Shown: positions 37,632 through 41,736 of the stretch, one piece after another
Layout of the letters: each line of letters starts with the position of its first letter
Position numbering within the stretch: the stretch's first letter is position 1
NCBI GenBank assembly: GCA_030950105.1
Contig: JAUZRV010000207.1
Span: 1 to 41,736 of the forward strand
Direction: 5' to 3'
Length of the DNA: 41,736 bases
Source: Rhodobacterales bacterium
GTDB taxonomy: Bacteria > Pseudomonadota > Alphaproteobacteria > Rhodobacterales > Rhodobacteraceae
Notes under the pieces: model-generated
Databases searched by the model: none
What the model was told of the DNA's origin: nothing
What the model saw: the letters and a program-made list of their open reading frames with translations, nothing else
Position numbers and translations under genes: made by a program

Positions 37632-39694
37632 ACCAGATAAGCACCAGCATCGTTTTTGACCCGTTATTGCCATGGGCCGTTTTGGCGGCTCTTGGCGGCT
37701 TGATATTGCTCGCTACCGGATTGGCGCTTTGGCGCGGCTTGTCGGGCTGGGCGTTGCGCGGGTTGGCGGGGCTTGTGTTGATTGCGGCGCTCTCCGGCCC
37801 GTCCTATCAACGCGAAGACCGCGAGGCATTATCGGATATTGTTCTAATGGTGGTTGATGGATCGGCCAGCCAACAATTGGCGGATCGCGGCGCCAATACC
37901 GAACGCGCCGCCGCACAGATCGAGACCATGATTGCCGCGCGTCCCAACACAGAATTACGACGAATTGACCTTGCCGATGATCCCGATAACGGCGGCACCA
38001 AGGCGATGCAGGCCCTAACCGAGGCCTTGGCCCAAGAACCGCGCGCCCGTATTGCAGGCATGATCATGGTCTCGGACGGGCGTATCCATGACATGGAAAA
38101 CGCGCCGGAATTGCCTGCGCCGCTGCATCTTTTGAAGACGGGCCAACCCGAAGACTGGGACCGTCGGTTGATTGTTACCAACGCCCCTGCCTTTGCTATA
38201 CTGGGCGAGGAAATCACCCTGACCCTCGAAATTCAGGATCAGGGCGCGGTGCCCGAAGGCATGACCCATGCCGCCCTTGAGATCTCGATTGATGGTGCGA
38301 AACCGCAATCCTATAATGTGCGGATTGGCCGTAAAATTGATTTGCCGGTTCGCTTGCCCCATGCCGGTCGCAATATCATCCGCTTTTCTTTACCCGAAAC
38401 GCCCGGTGAACTGACCACCCGTAACAATGCCGCCCTTGTGCAGATCAACGGGGTGCGCGACCGATTGCGGGTGCTTTTGGTATCGGGCAAACCCCATGCA
38501 GGCGGGCGCACTTGGCGCAATCTTCTCAAGTCGGATTCCTCGGTTGATCTGGTGCATTTTACCATTCTGCGCCCCCCCGAAAAACAAGATGGCGTTCCGG
38601 TAAGCGAACTGTCCCTGATTGCCTTTCCCACCCGTGAATTGTTCATGGAAAAGATCAAAGATTTTGATCTGATCGTGTTTGACCGCTATCAAAGGCGGGG
38701 CATTTTACCTGCGAGTTATCTTGAAAATGTTGCTGACTATGTGAAAAATGGCGGGGCAGTTCTGGTCTCGGCTGGCCCTGATTTTGCCAGCGCCGATAGC
38801 CTCTATCGTTCGCCTCTTGGGGCGATTATTCCGGCACGCCCCTCGGCACGGGTGATCGAACAAGGGTATCTTCCCAAGGTGACCGATCTTGGCGCGCGGC
38901 ATCCGGTAACCCAAGGATTACAGGCAGATGACGCGCCCGATTGGGGGCGCTGGATGCGACAAATCGAGGTCGAAGTGGATCGCGGAGACGTGGTGATGTC
39001 CGGGTTTGAAGATCGGCCATTGCTGGTGCTTGATCGTGTGGGCAAGGGGCGTGTCGCGCTTCTTGCCTCTGATCACGCGTGGCTCTGGGATCGCGGGTTT
39101 GAAGGCGGCGGGCCGCAGGCGGAATTGCTACGTCGGTTGGCACATTGGATGATGAAAGAACCCGAGCTTGAGGAAGAAGCCCTCTGGGCCGAAGCCACTG
39201 GCCAGAAAATGCGCATAATCCGGCGCACGCTCCTTGCGGATGCGGACGCAGGCGGCAATGTTGTTGTTGTCACGCCCACGGGGGATACCGTCGATATCCC
39301 GATGACCAAAGTGAGCCCGGGCCGCTTTGAGGCCGAATACGATGGGCCGGAAATAGGCCTATATCGTCTGTCGCAAGGCGACCAGAACACCGTGATCGGC
39401 CTTGGACCGTCGGCCCCCAAAGAGTTTGAAACCACAATCGCCACCTCTGAAATAATTGCACCCCTGATTGCCTCAAAGCGCGGTGGTGCGGTGGCTTTGT
39501 CTGATGGAATCCCCTCTATTCGCAACGTTCGGGCCGGGCGGGTAGCGGCCGGTCGTGGCTGGATCGGTCTAACCCCGCGCGAAGCCTATGCCGTGCGCGA
39601 TGTGTATCAAATCCGGCTGCTGCCCGAATGGTTGGTTTTGCTTCTCGCGTCTGCCTTTAGTGTCGGGGCTTGGCTACGCGAAGGGCGTCGTTAA
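37628..39694 (+). CDS. Membrane protein with N-terminal TM helices, VWA-like region carrying a DxSxS MIDAS motif, GATase1/ThuA-like central region and a C-terminal TM anchor
   Basis: VLMVVDGSASQ matches DxSxS. LRVLLVSGKPH...DLIVFDRY...GGAVLVSAGPDF is a flavodoxin-like/GATase1-like pattern without an obvious catalytic Cys. C-terminal TM LLPEWLVLLLASAFSVGAW. The start forms an ATGA overlap with the upstream stop. Confidence 0.6.
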   Translation: MNQISTSIVFDPLLPWAVLAALGGLILLATGLALWRGLSGWALRGLAGLVLIAALSGPSYQREDREALSDIVLMVVDGSASQQLADRGANTERAAAQIETMIAARPNTELRRIDLADDPDNGGTKAMQALTEALAQEPRARIAGMIMVSDGRIHDMENAPELPAPLHLLKTGQPEDWDRRLIVTNAPAFAILGEEITLTLEIQDQGAVPEGMTHAALEISIDGAKPQSYNVRIGRKIDLPVRLPHAGRNIIRFSLPETPGELTTRNNAALVQINGVRDRLRVLLVSGKPHAGGRTWRNLLKSDSSVDLVHFTILRPPEKQDGVPVSELSLIAFPTRELFMEKIKDFDLIVFDRYQRRGILPASYLENVADYVKNGGAVLVSAGPDFASADSLYRSPLGAIIPARPSARVIEQGYLPKVTDLGARHPVTQGLQADDAPDWGRWMRQIEVEVDRGDVVMSGFEDRPLLVLDRVGKGRVALLASDHAWLWDRGFEGGGPQAELLRRLAHWMMKEPELEEEALWAEATGQKMRIIRRTLLADADAGGNVVVVTPTGDTVDIPMTKVSPGRFEAEYDGPEIGLYRLSQGDQNTVIGLGPSAPKEFETTIATSEIIAPLIASKRGGAVALSDGIPSIRNVRAGRVAAGRGWIGLTPREAYAVRDVYQIRLLPEWLVLLLASAFSVGAWLREGRR

Positions 39695-39722
39695 AGCACC
39701 GCGCTTTAAACCCGAGGCAGCG

Positions 39723-40082
39723 TTACGGTGCCATCTCTACCGCGACACGCACATCTGACCACAAATCCCGAGAGCAGCGCGCCCGAATATACAATGTGCG
39801 CACGCCGTCAGGGACCATCACGCTTGATAATGAGCGGGTAAACGGTTGCTCGTCCACATGGGGATGGAGCAACTTACGATACCCCAAACGATTGCCGTCT
39901 TCATCAACCACTTCCCAGCCATCGGCGAAATGGTCCCACCCCGTATCGGGATGTGATATAGTCACGTCAAACCGCCATCCCATCCCCGATTTCTCGGTTT
40001 GGATATCGACGATTACGGGGGCTTCACTTAGGGCTGGTGTGGCGGCCAAGCAAGCAAGGGCAAAAAGAGCATTACGTATCAT
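39723..40082 (-). CDS. Small secreted hypothetical protein with His-rich motifs
   Basis: Signal peptide MIRNALFALACLAATPALSEA. The mature ~100-aa protein carries SHPDTGWDHFADGW and LLHPHVDEQPF. I do not recognise the family. Confidence 0.5.
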   Translation of the reverse strand: MIRNALFALACLAATPALSEAPVIVDIQTEKSGMGWRFDVTISHPDTGWDHFADGWEVVDEDGNRLGYRKLLHPHVDEQPFTRSLSSVMVPDGVRTLYIRARCSRDLWSDVRVAVEMAP

Positions 40083-40221
40083 GTCCTTCTTATAACGACG
40101 TTTGCGATCAACGACAGGTCACGTGTTCGTGCGGGATGAACAAGAGGCAAAGCAGGCCTTGCGTTTTCCCACAATTGGTTATATTTTCTTACCAAAAGCA
40201 ACAGAATTGCGAGAATCCACC

Positions 40222-41736
40222 ATGGAAATGCCCGTTCCGAACCCGTCAATACTTGCTTCCAAACCACAATTGGTTGCACGGCTTCTCGATGTTTTACCTG
40301 CAGAATCAGTTATTTACGACGAAATGGAAACCCGCGCCTACGAGTGTGACGGGCTGGCCGCCTATCGGTGCCCCCCGATGGTTGCGGTATTGCCGACATC
40401 AACGGAACAAGTGTCGGGTGTGCTGCGAATTTGCCACGAAATGGGTGTTCCGGTGGTGCCACGCGGTGCCGGCACATCGCTTTCGGGCGGGGCGTTACCA
40501 ACGGCGGATTGTGTGATTCTCGGTGTGGCGCGGCTCAATGATGTGCTCGAAACCGATTATGACAACCGATATATCCGCGTGCAATCGGGGCGCACAAACC
40601 TAAGCGTTACCGGCGCGGTTGAAGAAAACGGGTTTTTCTATGCGCCCGATCCAAGCAGCCAATTGGCCTGCGCCATTGCCGGTAATATCGCGATGAATTC
40701 GGGCGGGGCGCATTGTTTGAAATATGGCGTGACCACCAATAATCTGATGGGTGTGCGCATGGTGATGATGGATGGCGAGATTGTCGATATTGGCGGCGGG
40801 CATCTTGATGCCGGTGGCCTTGATCTGCTGGGGTTAATCTGCGGGTCCGAGGGGCAACTTGGTGTTGTCACAGAGGCGACATTGCGGATTTTACCCAAAC
40901 CGGAAGGCGCACGTCCGGTGCTTCTCGGGTTTGACAGTAACGAAGTTGCCGGTGCCTGTGTTTCCGACATTATTAAAGCCGGCGTTTTACCCGTCGCCAT
41001 AGAATTTATGGATCGTCCGGTTATTCGGGCAAGCGAGGCCCACGCCAATGGCGGATACCCCGATTGCGAAGCGCTGCTTATTATTGAAGTCGAAGGCAGC
41101 AAGGGTGAAATCGACGAACAGCTTGCGATGATTCTCGAAATCGCGCGCCGCCACAATCCGGTGGAAATCCGCGAAAGCGGGTCAGCCGAGGAAAGCGCGC
41201 GAATCTGGCTAGGGCGCAAGTCGGCGTTTGGGGCGATGGGGCGGATCAATGATTATATGTGTCTTGACGGCACGATTCCGGTATCCCAATTGCCCTATGT
41301 TTTGAAGCAGATTGGCGCGTTAAGCGCGCAATACGGCCTTGATGTCGGCAATGTTTTTCATGCGGGTGATGGTAATATGCACCCGCTTATTCTCTATGAT
41401 GCCAACAAACCCGGAGATTTGGAGGCCTGTGAAAAGCTTGGCGCAGATATCTTGCGGCTTTGTGTTGATGTCGGTGGATGCCTAACCGGAGAACATGGCG
41501 TCGGCATCGAAAAGCGGGATCTGATGGGGGCGCAATTCACCGCGGCCGATCTTGAGTGCCAGATGGCCGTCAAGGACGTGTTTGATCCGGCGTGGCTGCT
41601 TAATCCCGCCAAGGTTTTTCCTCTTGAAGCAAGCGCAGAACGGCGAAGCGGGGGGGGGGGGGGGGGCCCCGGGGGGCAGGCCAGGACCCCCCCGGGGGGT
41701 TTAGGGGAAAAAGAAAGAAGCAATAAAAAAAAAACG
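40222..41736 (+). CDS. glcD: FAD-linked oxidase, glycolate oxidase subunit GlcD-like (3' end not resolved; runs into a low-quality contig end)
   Basis: My own translation, since this ORF is not in the supplied track: MEMPVPNPS...VVPRGAGTSLSGGALP...FFYAPDPSSQLACAIAGNIAMNSGGAHCLKYG...GEHGVGIEKRDLM...FDPAWLLNPAKVFP. The frame is open from 40222 to the window end. Confidence 0.88.
   Translation, partial: MEMPVPNPSILASKPQLVARLLDVLPAESVIYDEMETRAYECDGLAAYRCPPMVAVLPTSTEQVSGVLRICHEMGVPVVPRGAGTSLSGGALPTADCVILGVARLNDVLETDYDNRYIRVQSGRTNLSVTGAVEENGFFYAPDPSSQLACAIAGNIAMNSGGAHCLKYGVTTNNLMGVRMVMMDGEIVDIGGGHLDAGGLDLLGLICGSEGQLGVVTEATLRILPKPEGARPVLLGFDSNEVAGACVSDIIKAGVLPVAIEFMDRPVIRASEAHANGGYPDCEALLIIEVEGSKGEIDEQLAMILEIARRHNPVEIRESGSAEESARIWLGRKSAFGAMGRINDYMCLDGTIPVSQLPYVLKQIGALSAQYGLDVGNVFHAGDGNMHPLILYDANKPGDLEACEKLGADILRLCVDVGGCLTGEHGVGIEKRDLMGAQFTAADLECQMAVKDVFDPAWLLNPAKVFPLEASAERRSGGGGGGPGGQARTPPGGLGEKERSNKKKT
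41650..41736. other. Homopolymer-rich low-complexity contig end (G17, C/G runs, A10), probable sequencing or assembly artefact
   Basis: The sequence gggggggggggggggggccccggggggcagg...cccccccgggggg...aaaaaaaaaa is unlike the rest of the window. Confidence 0.7.

Noticed and set aside
41394-41723. A minus-strand ORF encoding PPGGVLACPPGPPPPPPL... at the window end.
   Set aside because: It is translated largely from the homopolymer artefact and from the antisense strand of glcD, so it is not a credible gene.
1-41736. A search by eye for mobile elements, CRISPR arrays, tRNA/rRNA genes, toxin-antitoxin pairs, restriction-modification systems or known phage-defence genes.
   Set aside because: I saw no transposase, integrase or recombinase signatures, no regularly spaced repeat arrays, no tRNA-like T-arm (GGTTCGAATCC-type) sequences and no defence-system hallmark domains. 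The window looks like core chromosome rather than an island.

Overview
This 41.7-kb window has moderately high GC and is densely coding. Protein signatures suggest an alphaproteobacterial chromosome, probably a marine Rhodobacterales-like organism; that placement is inference. I found no transposase, integrase, CRISPR array, tRNA or rRNA. Gene content in order: (1) a divergent MerR regulator and CDF metal exporter, followed by an ICMT-like methyltransferase; (2) NAD salvage genes pncA-pncB; (3) arfB, a YhhQ-type queuosine-precursor transporter, a phytase-like secreted protein, mepA, a UMF1-type MFS transporter, a thioesterase and yggT; (4) recQ-yaaA; (5) a cytoplasmic hybrid histidine kinase with two receiver domains, divergent from a 1817-aa thioester-containing alpha-2-macroglobulin (N-terminal PAN/Apple module) coupled to pbpC; (6) a partial phenylacetate catabolon, paaI-paaJ-paaK-TetR(paaR-like) divergent from paaZ, plus a paaX-family regulator; (7) a Tat-exported multicopper oxidase with a CopZ-like chaperone; (8) a frameshifted hydroxypyruvate-isomerase pseudogene; (9) a DUF1285 gene divergent from a translationally coupled operon of MoxR, DUF58, a BatA-N/DUF4159 protein and a MIDAS-bearing membrane protein; (10) a small secreted His-motif protein; (11) a glcD-like FAD oxidase that is absent from the ORF track because it runs off the window into a homopolymer-rich contig end. 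The best candidates for a poorly understood system are the MoxR/DUF58 envelope operon and the PAN-A2M/PbpC pair. Non-coding signals worth follow-up are a 30-45 bp iteron-like element present twice (upstream of arfB and of recQ), a preQ1-I-like pseudoknot candidate in the yhhQ leader, a PaaR-type operator, and a PbrR/CadR-like MerR operator. All functional calls come from motif recognition by eye; no searches were run.
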